From: a virus
Lineage: Duplodnaviria > Heunggongvirae > Uroviricota > Caudoviricetes
Length of the DNA stretch: 34,917 nucleotides
Virus record (IMG/VR): IMGVR_UViG_2541047813_000003
Span: 1 to 34,917 of that record
Reading direction: 5' to 3' (one strand)
A model generated the notes under the pieces. That model worked only from the letters and a program-made list of their open reading frames with translations. It ran no database searches and was not told the origin of the DNA. Of this stretch, positions 7,577 to 16,513 are shown piece by piece (the stretch's first letter is position 1; every line of letters starts with the position of its first letter). The position numbers and the translations under genes were made by a program.

Positions 7577-7807
7577 ATGAACCCAGCCATCAAAACAGCG
7601 ATCAATATCGTTGGTTCACAAAAGAAACTAGGCGCTGCCTGCGAAGTTTCACAGCAGGCCGTCTATAAGTGGCTTCACAACAAAGCAAAGGTATCCCCTG
7701 AACATGTCGGCAGCATTGTTACGGCTACTGGTGGAGTAGTGAAGGCATACCAGATTCGCCCGGATCTTCCGAAGTTGTTTCCACACACTGAAAAGAACGC
7801 AGCTTAA
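7577..7807 (+). CDS. Cro-like HTH regulator
   Basis: 76-aa ORF divergent from the repressor gene, with an HTH-like segment (QKKLGAACEVSQQAVYKWL). Confidence 0.8.
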   Translation: MNPAIKTAINIVGSQKKLGAACEVSQQAVYKWLHNKAKVSPEHVGSIVTATGGVVKAYQIRPDLPKLFPHTEKNAA

Positions 7808-7819
7808 ATTTCCATTTCA

Positions 7820-7833
7820 CGCTCTTTAACAAT
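7820..7833 (+). promoter_or_regulatory. boxA-like element (nutR-position)
   Basis: CGCTCTTTAACAAT just after the cro-like stop; matches the boxA consensus CGCTCTTTA and the rrn-type boxA GCTCTTTAACAAT as I recall them. No convincing boxB hairpin follows. Confidence 0.4.
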
Positions 7834-7876
7834 AAGCAATCAACTTAACAGTCAATTCAAACTAAAGGAGTCAATT

Positions 7877-8416
7877 ATGCAACCACTTACATACCAACAG
7901 ACTAGCGGATTTAGCCCGACTGCGGTGATAAATCGTTCTCAAACAAAACAAGCTCCAGGCCACGAAAAAATCCGTGATGCCGTCCGCGCCTGGTCGGCTG
8001 TAGATAATCAGGATGTCGTTGCCGCACTCATTGTGAATGAGTATCGGGAGCAGGGCGGCGGCACCATCGATTTCCCTGATGATGTCAGCCGTGCACGCCA
8101 GAAGCTGTTCCGCTTCCTCGATAACAAATTCGATTCTGAAAAATACCGAAATAACGTGCGTGAACTGACCCCGGCAATTCTGGCGGTACTACCGCTGGAA
8201 TATCGCGGTTACCTAGTTGAGCAGGATAGCTTCATGGCTCGGCTGGCTGAAATGGAAAAGGAACTCAGTGAGGCAAAGCAGGCGGTCATTCTCAACGCAC
8301 CACGCCACCAGAAACTGAAGGAGATGAGTGAAGGCATTGTGTCGATGTTTCGAGTGGACCCGGATCTGGCTGGTCCACTGATGGCGATGGTCACCACCAT
8401 GCTGGGGGCAATATGA
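7877..8416 (+). CDS. Hypothetical protein in the cII position (possibly YdaT-like)
   Basis: 179-aa ORF with strong RBS (AAAGGAG); contains an EYREQGGG segment reminiscent of YdaT-type proteins that follow Cro-like genes in some E. coli prophages (recollection only). Confidence 0.6.
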   Translation: MQPLTYQQTSGFSPTAVINRSQTKQAPGHEKIRDAVRAWSAVDNQDVVAALIVNEYREQGGGTIDFPDDVSRARQKLFRFLDNKFDSEKYRNNVRELTPAILAVLPLEYRGYLVEQDSFMARLAEMEKELSEAKQAVILNAPRHQKLKEMSEGIVSMFRVDPDLAGPLMAMVTTMLGAI

Positions 8417-8502
8417 CAGGTTCAGAAATGGCGAAAGCCGGTCTGCTGGAACAGAACCGACTTTCAGGTGCAAATCGTAACACACTCATTGCGGGAGGAA
8501 TT

Positions 8503-9432
8503 ATGGCAAACACTGCTGAGATATTCAATTTTCCAGTGCCGGATGCGGCACAAAAGGAGCCGCGCGTGGCAGATCTCGATGATGGTTATACGCGCATTGC
8601 AAATGAGTTGCTGGAAGCTGTGATGCTGGCCGGATTAACACAGCACCAGCTTCTGGTCTTTCTGGCTGTCATGCGCAAAACATATGGCTTTAATAAAAAA
8701 CTGGATTGGGTTAGCAACGAGCAACTTTCCGAATTAACCGGGATATTGCCGCACAAGTGTTCTGCTGCAAAAAGTGTTCTGGTAAAGCGTGGGATTTTTA
8801 TTCAGAGCGGGCGGAATACCGGCATTAATAATGTGGTCAGTGAATGGTCTACATTACCCGAATCAGGTAAGAAAAATAAAGTTTACCTGAAAGAGGTAAA
8901 TTTACCTGAATCAGGTAAAAAAAGTTTACCCAAATCAGGTAAAGGCGTTTACCCGAATCAGGTAAACACAAAAGACAAACTAACAAAAGACAATATAAAA
9001 CCTTTTTCGTCCGAGAATTCTGGCGAATCCTCTGACCAACCAGAAAACGATCTTCCTGTGGTGAAACCGGATGCTGCAATTCAGAGCGGCAGCAAGTGGG
9101 GGACAGCAGAAGACCTGACCGCCGCAGAGTGGATGTTTGACATGGTGAAGACCATCGCGCCATCAGCCAGAAAACCGAATTTTGCAGGGTGGGCTAACGA
9201 TATCCGCCTGATGCGTGAACGTGACGGACGTAACCACCGCGACATGTGCGTGCTGTTCCGCTGGGCATGCCAGGACAACTTCTGGTCCGGTAACGTGCTA
9301 AGTCCGGCCAAACTCCGCGACAAGTGGACCCAACTCGAAATCAACCGTAACAAGCAACAGGCAGGCGTGACAGCTAGCAAACCAAAACTCGACCTGACAA
9401 ACACAGACTGGATTTACGGGGTGGATCTATGA
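8503..9432 (+). CDS. O: Replication initiator protein O (lambda-type)
   Basis: N-terminus MANTAEIFNF...VADLDDGYTRIANELLEA resembles lambda O; ATG at 8503 has a strong GGGAGGA RBS (the ORF track extends upstream to 8413); the C-terminal half is near-identical to lambda O; iterons lie inside the gene. Confidence 0.85.
   Translation: MANTAEIFNFPVPDAAQKEPRVADLDDGYTRIANELLEAVMLAGLTQHQLLVFLAVMRKTYGFNKKLDWVSNEQLSELTGILPHKCSAAKSVLVKRGIFIQSGRNTGINNVVSEWSTLPESGKKNKVYLKEVNLPESGKKSLPKSGKGVYPNQVNTKDKLTKDNIKPFSSENSGESSDQPENDLPVVKPDAAIQSGSKWGTAEDLTAAEWMFDMVKTIAPSARKPNFAGWANDIRLMRERDGRNHRDMCVLFRWACQDNFWSGNVLSPAKLRDKWTQLEINRNKQQAGVTASKPKLDLTNTDWIYGVDL
8853..8966. repeat. Replication origin iterons (ori-lambda-type) inside O
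   Basis: Four to five copies of an about 19-bp unit TTTACCYGAATCAGGTAAA with internal dyad TTACC...GGTAA (8853-8871, degenerate 8881-8900, 8901-8919, 8925-8943, 8948-8966), followed by an A-rich stretch (8967-9010). Confidence 0.8.
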
Positions 9433-10130
9433 AAAACATCGCCGCACAGATGATTAACTTTGACCGTGAGCAGATGCGCCGGATCGCCAACAACATGCCG
9501 GAACAGTACGACGAAAAGCCGCAGGTACAGCAGGTAGCGCAGATAATCAACGGTGTATTCAGCCAGTTACTGGCAACTTTCCCGGCGAGCCTGGCTAATC
9601 GTGACCAGAACGAACTGAACGAAATCCGCCGCCAGTGGGTTCTGGCTTTCCGGGAAAACGGGATCACCACGATGGAACAGGTGAGCGCCGGAATGCGTGT
9701 TGCCCGTCGGCAGAATAGACCATTTCTGCCATCACCCGGGCAGTTTGTTGCATGGTGCCGGGAAGAAGCATCCGTTACCGCCGGGCTGCCAAACGTCAGC
9801 GAGCTGGTTGATATGGTTTACGAGTATTGCCGGAAGCGTGGTCTGTATCCGGATGCAGAGTCTTATCCGTGGAAATCAAACGCGCACTACTGGCTGGTTA
9901 CCAACCTGTATCAGAACATGCGGGCCAATGCGTTGACTGACGCGGAATTACGGCGCAAGGCTGCCGATGAACTGTCCTGTATGACCGCGCGAATTAACCG
10001 TGGTGAGGCGATACCTGAACCAGTAAAACAACTTCCTGTCATGGGCGGTAGACCTCTAAATCGTGCACAGGCTCTGGCGAAGATCGCAGAAATCAAAGCT
10101 AAGTTTGGGCTGAAAGGAGCAATTGTATGA
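9429..10130 (+). CDS. P: Replication protein P (DnaB helicase loader)
   Basis: 233-aa translation essentially identical to lambda P; ATG overlaps the O stop. Confidence 0.95.
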   Translation: MKNIAAQMINFDREQMRRIANNMPEQYDEKPQVQQVAQIINGVFSQLLATFPASLANRDQNELNEIRRQWVLAFRENGITTMEQVSAGMRVARRQNRPFLPSPGQFVAWCREEASVTAGLPNVSELVDMVYEYCRKRGLYPDAESYPWKSNAHYWLVTNLYQNMRANALTDAELRRKAADELSCMTARINRGEAIPEPVKQLPVMGGRPLNRAQALAKIAEIKAKFGLKGAIV

Positions 10131-10429
10131 CGGGCAAAGAGGCAATTATTCATTACTTGGGGACTCATAAGAACTTCTGTGCGCAGGACGTTGCCGCGGT
10201 AACAGGTGCAACCGTAACCAGCATAAATCAGGCTGCGGCTAAAATGGCGCGGGCAGGAATCCTGGTCGTTGATGGTAAGGTCTGGCGAACGGTGTATTAT
10301 CGGTTCGCTACCAGAGAAGAATGGGAAGGAAAGGTGAGCACGAATTTGATTTTTAAGGAGTGTCGCCAGAGTGCCGCGATGAAACGGGTATTGAGGGTAT
10401 ATAAAAGAACATCAATGGGTACACAATGA
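10127..10429 (+). CDS. ren: Ren
   Basis: 100-aa translation closely resembles lambda Ren (MTGKEAIIHYLGTH...VTSINQAAAKMARAG...). Confidence 0.85.
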   Translation: MTGKEAIIHYLGTHKNFCAQDVAAVTGATVTSINQAAAKMARAGILVVDGKVWRTVYYRFATREEWEGKVSTNLIFKECRQSAAMKRVLRVYKRTSMGTQ

Positions 10430-10496
10430 TGAAACAGGTGAGTTGAGTTCAAACTGTAGTACAATTCTCTCCAGTTTGAACAGGAAAGAATATGCT

Positions 10497-10829
10497 ATGA
10501 ATCCTTATATTTATCTTGGTGGTGCAATACTTGCAGAGGTCATTGGTACAACCTTAATGAAGTTTTCAGAAGGTTTTACACGGTTATGGCCATCTGTTGG
10601 TACAATTATTTGTTATTGTGCATCATTCTGGTTATTAGCTCAGACGCTGGCTTATATTCCTACAGGGATTGCTTATGCTATCTGGTCAGGAGTCGGTATT
10701 GTCCTGATTAGCTTACTATCATGGGGATTTTTCGGCCAACGGTTGGACCTGCCAGCCATTATAGGCATGATGTTGATTTGTGCCGGTGTGTTGGTTATTA
10801 ATTTATTGTCACGAAGCACACCACATTAA
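10497..10829 (+). CDS. emrE: SMR-family multidrug efflux transporter EmrE
   Basis: 110 aa from the ATG at 10497 (MNPYIYLGGAILAEVIGTTLMKFSEGF...), matching E. coli EmrE with conserved Glu14 and four TM segments; the ORF track starts at an upstream TTG. Confidence 0.9.
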   Translation: MNPYIYLGGAILAEVIGTTLMKFSEGFTRLWPSVGTIICYCASFWLLAQTLAYIPTGIAYAIWSGVGIVLISLLSWGFFGQRLDLPAIIGMMLICAGVLVINLLSRSTPH

Positions 10830-11084
10830 AAATAATTTGTTTTTAAACGACTAAAATATGGAGGCTCGTATATTTATATGGGCCTCGTTTTATGCTTTTT
10901 GTTAATGTCTTTAGTTTTTATTCATTCTTTTGTGCTTTCAAGATTATGGTGTAAGAAAATTGCAATGCGATTATTGTTGTATATTCAAGATAATGTGACC
11001 TTAATTGTCTTTTTAAATAAAAATTAAACAAAAATCATATCTCACCACTAAGGTTTATAAAAGCATACTTTAGCAGGTGTCACC

Positions 11085-12611
11085 ATGAAAAAAGCCATAG
11101 CATATATGCGATTTTCATCACCAGGTCAGATGTCTGGTGATTCATTAAACCGCCAGAGAAGGCTTATTACTGAATGGCTAAAGGTAAATAGTGATTATTA
11201 CCTTGATACCGTAACGTATGAAGATTTGGGGTTAAGCGCATTCAATGGAAAGCATGCACAATCAGGAGCTTTTTCGGAATTTTTAGATGCTATAGAACAT
11301 GGTTATATATTGCCAGGGACTACATTGTTAGTTGAAAGTCTGGACAGACTTTCAAGAGAAAAAGTCGGTGAAGCGATTGAGCGTCTGAAATTGATTTTGA
11401 ATCACGGTATTGATGTTATAACTCTTTGCGATAATACAGTCTATAATATTGACTCATTGAATGAGCCATATTCATTAATAAAAGCCATACTTATAGCACA
11501 AAGGGCAAATGAAGAAAGCGAGATAAAGTCAAGTCGGGTTAAATTATCATGGAAGAAAAAACGGCAGGATGCACTGGAGTCAGGCACGATTATGACGGCT
11601 TCTTGTCCGAGATGGCTCTCATTGGATGACAAAAGAACGGCTTTTGTTCCAGACCCCGACAGGGTGAAAACTATTGAGCTAATTTTTAAACTCAGGATGG
11701 AAAGGCGCTCATTGAATGCAATAGCCAAGTATTTAAATGATCATGCTGTAAAGAATTTCTCAGGAAAAGAAAGTGCATGGGGACCTTCTGTAATTGAAAA
11801 ATTATTAGCGAATAAAGCTCTGATAGGTATATGCGTACCTTCATATCGTGCAAGAGGGAAAGGGATAAGTGAAATCGCTGGCTATTATCCCAGAGTCATA
11901 TCAGATGATTTGTTTTACGCTGTACAGGAAATTCGGTTGGCACCTTTTGGTATTAGCAATAGTAGCAAGAATCCTATGCTAATAAATCTACTTCGAACAG
12001 TTATGAAGTGTGAGGCTTGTGGTAATACCATGATTGTTCATGCGGTATCTGGAAGTTTGCATGGCTATTATGTTTGTCCGATGAGAAGATTACATCGATG
12101 TGACAGACCATCAATAAAAAGAGATTTGGTTGATTATAATATCATTAATGAATTGCTTTTTAATTGTAGCAAAATTCAACCAGTTGAAAACAAGAAAGAT
12201 GCTAATGAAACTTTAGAGTTAAAAATTATTGAGCTTCAGATGAAAATTAATAATTTAATCGTTGCATTGTCTGTCGCGCCTGAAGTTACCGCTATAGCAG
12301 AGAAAATAAGACTATTAGATAAGGAATTACGAAGGGCTTCGGTATCATTAAAAACTTTGAAGAGTAAAGGGGTGAGTTCACTTGGTGATTTTCATGCTAT
12401 TGATTTAACCAGTAAAAATGGGCGAGAGCTATGTCGTACACTTGCCTATAAAATATTCGAAAAAATTATAATTAATACAGATAATAAAACCTGTGATATC
12501 TATTTTATGAATGGCATTGTTTTTAAACACTATCCTTTAATGAAAGTAATATCCGCCCAGCAGGCGATAAGTACTCTTAAATATATGGTTGATGGTGAGA
12601 TTTATTTTTGA
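11085..12611 (+). CDS. ybcK: Large serine recombinase (DLP12 YbcK-like)
   Basis: 508 aa; N-terminal resolvase/invertase catalytic domain (AIAYMRFSSPGQ...), recombinase domain, Cys-rich zinc ribbon (CEACGN...CPMRRLHRC) and coiled-coil C-terminal region. AT-rich; same neighbourhood as ybcK in DLP12. Confidence 0.8.
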   Translation: MKKAIAYMRFSSPGQMSGDSLNRQRRLITEWLKVNSDYYLDTVTYEDLGLSAFNGKHAQSGAFSEFLDAIEHGYILPGTTLLVESLDRLSREKVGEAIERLKLILNHGIDVITLCDNTVYNIDSLNEPYSLIKAILIAQRANEESEIKSSRVKLSWKKKRQDALESGTIMTASCPRWLSLDDKRTAFVPDPDRVKTIELIFKLRMERRSLNAIAKYLNDHAVKNFSGKESAWGPSVIEKLLANKALIGICVPSYRARGKGISEIAGYYPRVISDDLFYAVQEIRLAPFGISNSSKNPMLINLLRTVMKCEACGNTMIVHAVSGSLHGYYVCPMRRLHRCDRPSIKRDLVDYNIINELLFNCSKIQPVENKKDANETLELKIIELQMKINNLIVALSVAPEVTAIAEKIRLLDKELRRASVSLKTLKSKGVSSLGDFHAIDLTSKNGRELCRTLAYKIFEKIIINTDNKTCDIYFMNGIVFKHYPLMKVISAQQAISTLKYMVDGEIYF

Positions 12612-12935
12612 GTAATAATCACTTTTTCAACCGTGCTATGGTATGAAAGTAAAGTGACTAATATGATATTAACTATCTTGAACGAAGCGCCCTGAGCTAT
12701 AGTTTTACTATAGGCACTGCCACTGGATGTTGGCATTCTTGCTCTAGTAGCTCAACAATACCCAATCACAAAACAATTCACTGATAACAAACTTTGTGCA
12801 CGTGCTTGGTTATGGCGAACAGGTGATGTTAACCTCTTGCCTGAATGCCACTCCACTTCATTAAGTATCTGAGCACCGAGAGGCTGGTCACGCCCCCATT
12901 AAAAATAATTTCTTTTGAATCGAGTGAAATAGGTT

Positions 12936-12962
12936 AGCCCGCATAAGTGCGGGCTGCTTTTT
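12936..12962 (+). terminator. Intrinsic terminator-like hairpin
   Basis: AGCCCGCA-TAAG-TGCGGGCT followed by GCTTTTT; lies between the convergent recombinase and esterase genes. Confidence 0.45.
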
Positions 12963-13968
12963 ACAGGTCAGCGTTTGTTTTTTGTTGTTGGGTAGCGGTT
13001 TTTATGGGGGTTCCCAGGTTTTTAGTAAACCACTCAACAACTCTGTTTATAATAATTGGCTGATACCATGTATTATCGCCATGCTCAGCCCCTTCTACCA
13101 GAACGTACTCAGCGTTATCGCCGTTCTTCTTCAACATCCTGAATAGTTTGGCGCTTTGCTCAGGTGAAACCAGAGTGTCTTTGCTACCATGCATAATAAG
13201 AAATGGGGGTTTTACTCCTTTCATATGTCCGATTGGACTGGCGTTTAGCGCTTTTTCTTTTGACGCTGTTATGGGGGCTCCCGCAAAACTTCTGAATGCA
13301 GGGCCATTGATCATTAAGGCTTCGGTTACGGCAGGAGATCGATGAACCTCCTGCACTGATTCAGGGAACCCCTCGCCAATATTCAACAAGTCAGAAATCC
13401 CATAAAGTGTGGCAACTGCCTGAACATCTGCTGATTGCTGAAGAAAGTCACCTTTATTAAAGGTTTTGTCACCATTTGTAGTTCCCATCATCTGGGCAAG
13501 CCATCCACCGGCAGAGTCACCCAGAACTCCGATTCTTTGAGGATCAATCCCATAATCGCTGGCATGTTCTCTCAAGTAACGTATTGCAGCTTTCCCATCC
13601 TCAACTGGTGCTGGAAATGTATCAGGAATTGTTCTGTATTCTACAGCGGCCACAACAAAACCAGCTTCAGCCAGAGCCATTCTCATTTCAATAAATTTGT
13701 CATGTTCAGAAGACATGAATCCGCCGCCGGGATAATAAATAATGGCTGGTTTTAAATCATTTGTTCGCGGGACAAGAACTGACATGTGAAGCTGTCTGAC
13801 AGAACGAGTTCCTTTTATCTGGGAATAAACAACATCACCAATGAGATCGACCTGGTTTCTGGTGGGTGAAACACTAATGATATCTGCACCCGGGGTGTAA
13901 CCAGGAAAATTAGTCTGGACAGGTGTTGCACAACTCCCGACCGACATGGCCATTGACATACCATACAA
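12961..13968 (-). CDS. Alpha/beta-hydrolase fold esterase/lipase (HGGG-type)
   Basis: 335-aa ORF with oxyanion-hole motif YYPGGGF, nucleophile elbow GDSAGG and a C-terminal His (AEHGDN); N-terminus ambiguous (see findings). Confidence 0.8.
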   Translation of the reverse strand: MYGMSMAMSVGSCATPVQTNFPGYTPGADIISVSPTRNQVDLIGDVVYSQIKGTRSVRQLHMSVLVPRTNDLKPAIIYYPGGGFMSSEHDKFIEMRMALAEAGFVVAAVEYRTIPDTFPAPVEDGKAAIRYLREHASDYGIDPQRIGVLGDSAGGWLAQMMGTTNGDKTFNKGDFLQQSADVQAVATLYGISDLLNIGEGFPESVQEVHRSPAVTEALMINGPAFRSFAGAPITASKEKALNASPIGHMKGVKPPFLIMHGSKDTLVSPEQSAKLFRMLKKNGDNAEYVLVEGAEHGDNTWYQPIIINRVVEWFTKNLGTPIKTATQQQKTNADL

Positions 13969-14353
13969 TAGTGTTGCAGATGATAATATCTTGTTAATTT
14001 TTATGTTTTACATGCCTTGACTTATCGGATGAAATTCTCTTACTGAATTTAACGGCAGTTTAATAGCAGTACAACTCGTGGTAGCTAGGGAAATATCCCA
14101 GTCGTGGTTAAGGTTGTACTTGACGGCTATTATTTCAACAATGCTTAAAGTGAGAGCTTAAGGTTATGCGTATGTTTTACAGTCCGAGTAGATTCTGACC
14201 AATAGCTTCTTTGTATAATTCTGTCAGAAATAAATCTTGGCTTGCATGAAGTTTGAGACCTTATCTTGTTTGATTATGAATAATCAATTCGCCATAATTG
14301 TATCACCGGAGCCTGAACAACTCCTGTGACTTCTGCGCTAAACGGGGACGTTT

Positions 14354-14455
14354 ATGCGCACATACAATCCAACCTATCTTCTCCATTCACAGATGCAGAA
14401 ATGCACCTGCGATTTTTTGCATCCAGCGTTTGGCCTCTGCGGAGGTGAATCGTGA
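14354..14455 (+). CDS. Small ORF (33 aa), possibly YlcH-like
   Basis: ATG at 14354; [33 protein letters not shown]; stop overlaps the GTG start of the next gene; recollection of a 33-aa ylcH at this position in DLP12. Confidence 0.3.
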   Translation: MRTYNPTYLLHSQMQKCTCDFLHPAFGLCGGES

Positions 14456-14907
14456 ACCTCCCACAAGATGGCATCAAATTGCATCGCGGCAACTTCACCG
14501 CTTTCGGCCAGCAGATCCAGCCTTATCTGGAGGACGGAAAATGCTTTCGCATGGTGCTTAAACCGTGGCGTGAGAAACGCAGTCTTTCCCAGAATGCACT
14601 CAGCCATATGTGGTACAGCGAAATCAGTGAATACCTCATCAGCAGGGGGAAATCGTTCGCTACCGCAGCATGGGTAAAAGATGCTCTCAAACACACATAC
14701 CTCGGTTATGAAACCAAGGACCTGGTTGATGTCGTAACCGGCGAAATCACTACTATCCAGTCGTTACGCCATACCTCCGATCTTGATACCGGAGAGATGT
14801 ATGTCTTCCTGTGTAAGGTTGAAGCCTGGGCGATGAATATTGGCTGCCACCTGACTATTCCGCAGCGCTGCGAGTTCCAGCTGCTGCGCGACAAGCAGGA
14901 GGCGTAA
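14452..14907 (+). CDS. NinB/Orf-family recombination protein (YbcN-like)
   Basis: 151 aa, GTG start with GGAGGTG RBS; position and size match DLP12 YbcN, a lambda Orf(NinB) homolog; followed by ninE. Confidence 0.75.
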   Translation: MNLPQDGIKLHRGNFTAFGQQIQPYLEDGKCFRMVLKPWREKRSLSQNALSHMWYSEISEYLISRGKSFATAAWVKDALKHTYLGYETKDLVDVVTGEITTIQSLRHTSDLDTGEMYVFLCKVEAWAMNIGCHLTIPQRCEFQLLRDKQEA

Positions 14908-15077
14908 TGGCTACACCGCTTATTCGTATCATGAACGGACACATCTACAAAGTACCAAATCGTCGTAAGCGTAAACCTGAGCTGAAGCCATCCGAAATAC
15001 CAACACTGCTCGGGTATACCGCCAGCCTGGTTGATAAAAAATGGTTGCGACTGGCAGCAAGGAGGAATCATGGCTGA
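14907..15077 (+). CDS. ninE: NinE-like protein
   Basis: 56-aa ORF found by manual translation ([30 protein letters not shown]...[11 protein letters not shown]); ATG overlaps the previous stop (TAATG); C-terminal basic region resembles lambda NinE. Confidence 0.6.
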   Translation: MATPLIRIMNGHIYKVPNRRKRKPELKPSEIPTLLGYTASLVDKKWLRLAARRNHG

Positions 15078-15360
15078 TTTGAGAAAAGCAGCGCGTGGTC
15101 GGGAATGCCAGGTAAGAATCCCTGGCGTATGTAATGGCAATCCTGAAACGTCAGTACTGGCACATATCCGGCTGGCTGGATTGTGCGGTACCGGTATCAA
15201 ACCGCCAGACCTGATTGCCACCATTGCATGTTCTGCCTGCCACGACGAAATCGACCGTCGCACGCATTTTGTTGACGCTGGATATGCAAAAGAATGCGCG
15301 CTGGAAGGTATGGCGAGAACACAGGTTATCTGGTTGAAAGAGGGGGTTATTGAGGCGTGA
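15070..15360 (+). CDS. ybcO: YbcO-like Cys-rich putative nuclease
   Basis: 96 aa from the ATG at 15070 ([23 protein letters not shown]...), overlapping the ninE stop; conserved Cys/His pattern; immediately precedes rusA as in DLP12. Confidence 0.7.
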   Translation: MADLRKAARGRECQVRIPGVCNGNPETSVLAHIRLAGLCGTGIKPPDLIATIACSACHDEIDRRTHFVDAGYAKECALEGMARTQVIWLKEGVIEA

Positions 15361-15719
15361 ATACCTACAGCATCACATTACCTTGGCCTCCGAGCAATAA
15401 TCGCTATTACCGCCATAATCGTGGGCGCACGCACGTCAGCGCAGAGGGGCAGGCATACTGCGATAACGTCGCCCGAATCATTAAAAACGCAATGCTGGAT
15501 ATCGGCTTGGCTATGCCAGTGAAAATCCGTATTGAGTGCCACATGCCGGATCGCCGTCGCCGTGACCTGGATAATCTGCAAAAAGCCGCTTTTGACGCAC
15601 TCACCAAAGCAGGTTTCTGGCTGGATGATATTCAGGTCGTTGATTACCGTGTTGTGAAGATGCCCGTTACCAAAGGTGGGAAGCTGGAGCTGACCATCAC
15701 CGAACTGGGAGATGAATGA
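15357..15719 (+). CDS. rusA: Holliday junction resolvase RusA
   Basis: 120-aa translation matches E. coli/DLP12 RusA ([32 protein letters not shown]...). Confidence 0.95.
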   Translation: MNTYSITLPWPPSNNRYYRHNRGRTHVSAEGQAYCDNVARIIKNAMLDIGLAMPVKIRIECHMPDRRRRDLDNLQKAAFDALTKAGFWLDDIQVVDYRVVKMPVTKGGKLELTITELGDE

Positions 15720-15856
15720 TGTTTGAGTCTTATATGGCAGAGCGTCTTCGCCGCCGCTGGGTGCGCCTGCGCTTATATCGTTTTCCTGGTTCTGTTTTGA
15801 CCGATTACCGAATACTGAAGAATTACGCCAAAACCCTGACAGGAGCAGGAGTATGA
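15716..15856 (+). CDS. ylcG: YlcG-like small protein (46 aa)
   Basis: Manual translation [46 protein letters not shown]; ATG overlaps the rusA stop; matches the position of ylcG in DLP12. Confidence 0.45.
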   Translation: MMFESYMAERLRRRWVRLRLYRFPGSVLTDYRILKNYAKTLTGAGV

Positions 15857-15941
15857 AGTCAGAGATAACAATCAACTAATACTGTTTTGTTGATTTTTGC
15901 TTGTAATTGGCGTTCTGGTCTGATTTTTGTGGAGTAAGTTG

Positions 15942-16325
15942 ATGCGTGATATTCAGATGGTTCTTGAGCGTTGGGGAGCGTGGGCGGCTAATAATCATGA
16001 AGATGTGACCTGGTCGTCCGTTGCCGCCGGTTTTAAGGGATTAATTCCTTCAAAAGTAAAATCTCGCCCGCAATGTTGTGACGATGACGCGATGATCATT
16101 TGCGGGTGCATGGCCCGTCTGAAAAAGAACAACAGCGATTTACACGATTTATTAGTAGATTATTATGTATGTGGTATGACATTCATGTCACTGGCAAGTA
16201 AGCATTGCTGCTCGGATGGTTATATCGGGAAAAGGTTACAGAAGGCTGAGGGCATAATTGAAGGGATGTTAATGGCATTAGATATCCGGTTAGATATGGA
16301 TATCGTTGCTAATAATTCTAATTGA
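15942..16325 (+). CDS. Q: Late-gene antiterminator Q (phage 21/DLP12 QuuD type)
   Basis: 127 aa from the ATG at 15942 (GGAGTAAG RBS); [26 protein letters not shown]...; matches my recollection of DLP12 QuuD. Confidence 0.85.
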   Translation: MRDIQMVLERWGAWAANNHEDVTWSSVAAGFKGLIPSKVKSRPQCCDDDAMIICGCMARLKKNNSDLHDLLVDYYVCGMTFMSLASKHCCSDGYIGKRLQKAEGIIEGMLMALDIRLDMDIVANNSN

Positions 16326-16339
16326 TATGCAATTGTTTA

Positions 16340-16375
16340 CTAAAAGTTATTAAAAATGGGGCGTGGAAACGCCCC
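16340..16375 (-). terminator. Intrinsic terminator (minus strand), probable nmpC terminator
   Basis: Hairpin GGGGCG-UUUCCA-CGCCCC followed on the minus strand by AUUUUUAAUAACUUUU. Confidence 0.45.
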
Positions 16376-16462
16376 CAAAATAAAGGGTAATATATAACAG
16401 AAGGTTTATATAGTAAGAAGCAAGGTAGTGCTTCTAAAGGAAGTGGCTTGAGGGCTCCACTT

Positions 16463-16504
16463 ATATGTTGCGGAGGCAAAGCCTCCCGCAACATATCTTT
16501 TTCG
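16463..16504 (+). terminator. Intrinsic terminator (plus strand) downstream of Q
   Basis: Long imperfect hairpin TATGTTGCGGAGG-CAAAG-CCTCCCGCAACATA followed by TCTTTTTCG. Confidence 0.5.
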
Positions 16505-16513
16505 TAAGTCAGA

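Noticed and set aside
8853-8966. Tandem about 19-bp repeats that could be mistaken for a small CRISPR array
   Set aside because: The repeats are contiguous to near-contiguous with no unique spacers of regular length, lie inside the O reading frame, and are followed by an A-rich unwinding stretch: they are replication-origin iterons.
10443-10496. N-terminally extended EmrE beginning at a TTG
   Set aside because: The conserved EmrE sequence begins at the ATG at 10497 (MNPYIYLGG...); the upstream 18 codons have no counterpart in SMR proteins.
11085-12611. Serine recombinase as part of an insertion sequence or transposon
   Set aside because: I found no terminal inverted repeats or transposase-like partner flanking it; it is better described as the recombinase of a cargo island within the prophage.
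14706-15263. 185-aa minus-strand ORF overlapping the NinB-like, ninE and ybcO genes
   Set aside because: Antisense to a tightly coupled forward gene chain (overlapping stops and starts); no independent support.
16326-16513. Assigning the Q-to-nmpC spacer as the definitive pR'/6S RNA unit
   Set aside because: No convincing sigma70 promoter found there by eye, and a second terminator-bearing candidate lies just upstream of the holin; left unresolved rather than annotated.
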